A DNA stretch of 52,366 nt from Acidobacteriota bacterium (GTDB lineage: Bacteria; Acidobacteriota; UBA4820; DSQY01). The stretch spans positions 1 to 52,366 of the forward strand of contig JBMFSH010000019.1 of assembly GCA_049967655.1 (NCBI GenBank). The letters are read 5' to 3'. How positions within the stretch are numbered: position 1 is the first letter of the stretch; each line of letters opens with the position of its first letter. The notes under the pieces are model-generated. The model worked only from the letters and a program-made list of their open reading frames with translations, made no database searches and was not told the DNA's origin. Shown here one piece after another: positions 52,268 to 52,366 of this stretch. The translations under genes and the position numbers were made by a program.

Positions 52268-52366
52268 CATGGCTGTCCAAAATAGAACTCCTTGCCGGCT
52301 CCGAACCACGGCTGGGTCTGGGCCGCGCCTTCAGCGCGGCGTTGGGGGCCTTCGCCGGGCGCGTCC
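52268..52366. repeat. Dispersed repeat family B, copy 2 (cut by the window end)
   Basis: 75/99 gapless identity to 9579-9677; contains hairpin GCCGCGC-CTTCA-GCGCGGC. Confidence 0.8.

Noticed and set aside
47661..52366. tRNA-Ser as an integration site for an island
   Set aside because: No integrase, no duplicated tRNA 3' end seen, and downstream genes look like ordinary chromosomal genes.

Overview
High-GC (roughly 70% by eye) chromosomal segment of a diderm bacterium; several cues (GG-rich TonB remnant, rimO-pgpA order) hint at Acidobacteriota or a related lineage, but this is only inference. About 33 intact CDS and one tRNA-Ser(TGA) are supported. The core is a large alpha-glucan/trehalose region: HAD-TPP fusion, OtsAB, GlgP, then a minus-strand run GlgE, TreS-maltokinase, a single-ORF MalQ-GlgB fusion and a GH57/DUF3536 enzyme, plus a GH15 glucoamylase further left. 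Directly upstream of glgE and co-oriented is a 1471-aa hybrid sensor (beta-propeller, Y_Y_Y, TM, histidine kinase, REC, class III nucleotide cyclase) with an atypical base-specificity residue. Housekeeping genes include dinB, an RluA-type synthase, arfB, a DEAD-box helicase, rimO, pgpA, ribF, nfo and cls. Intergenic DNA is rich in gene debris (TonB, cytochrome c, YbaK, an internally deleted PP2C) and carries two dispersed structured repeat families and heptamer/octamer micro-repeats. No CRISPR array, rRNA, transposase, integrase or phage gene was seen. All calls come from motif reading only; no database searches were run.
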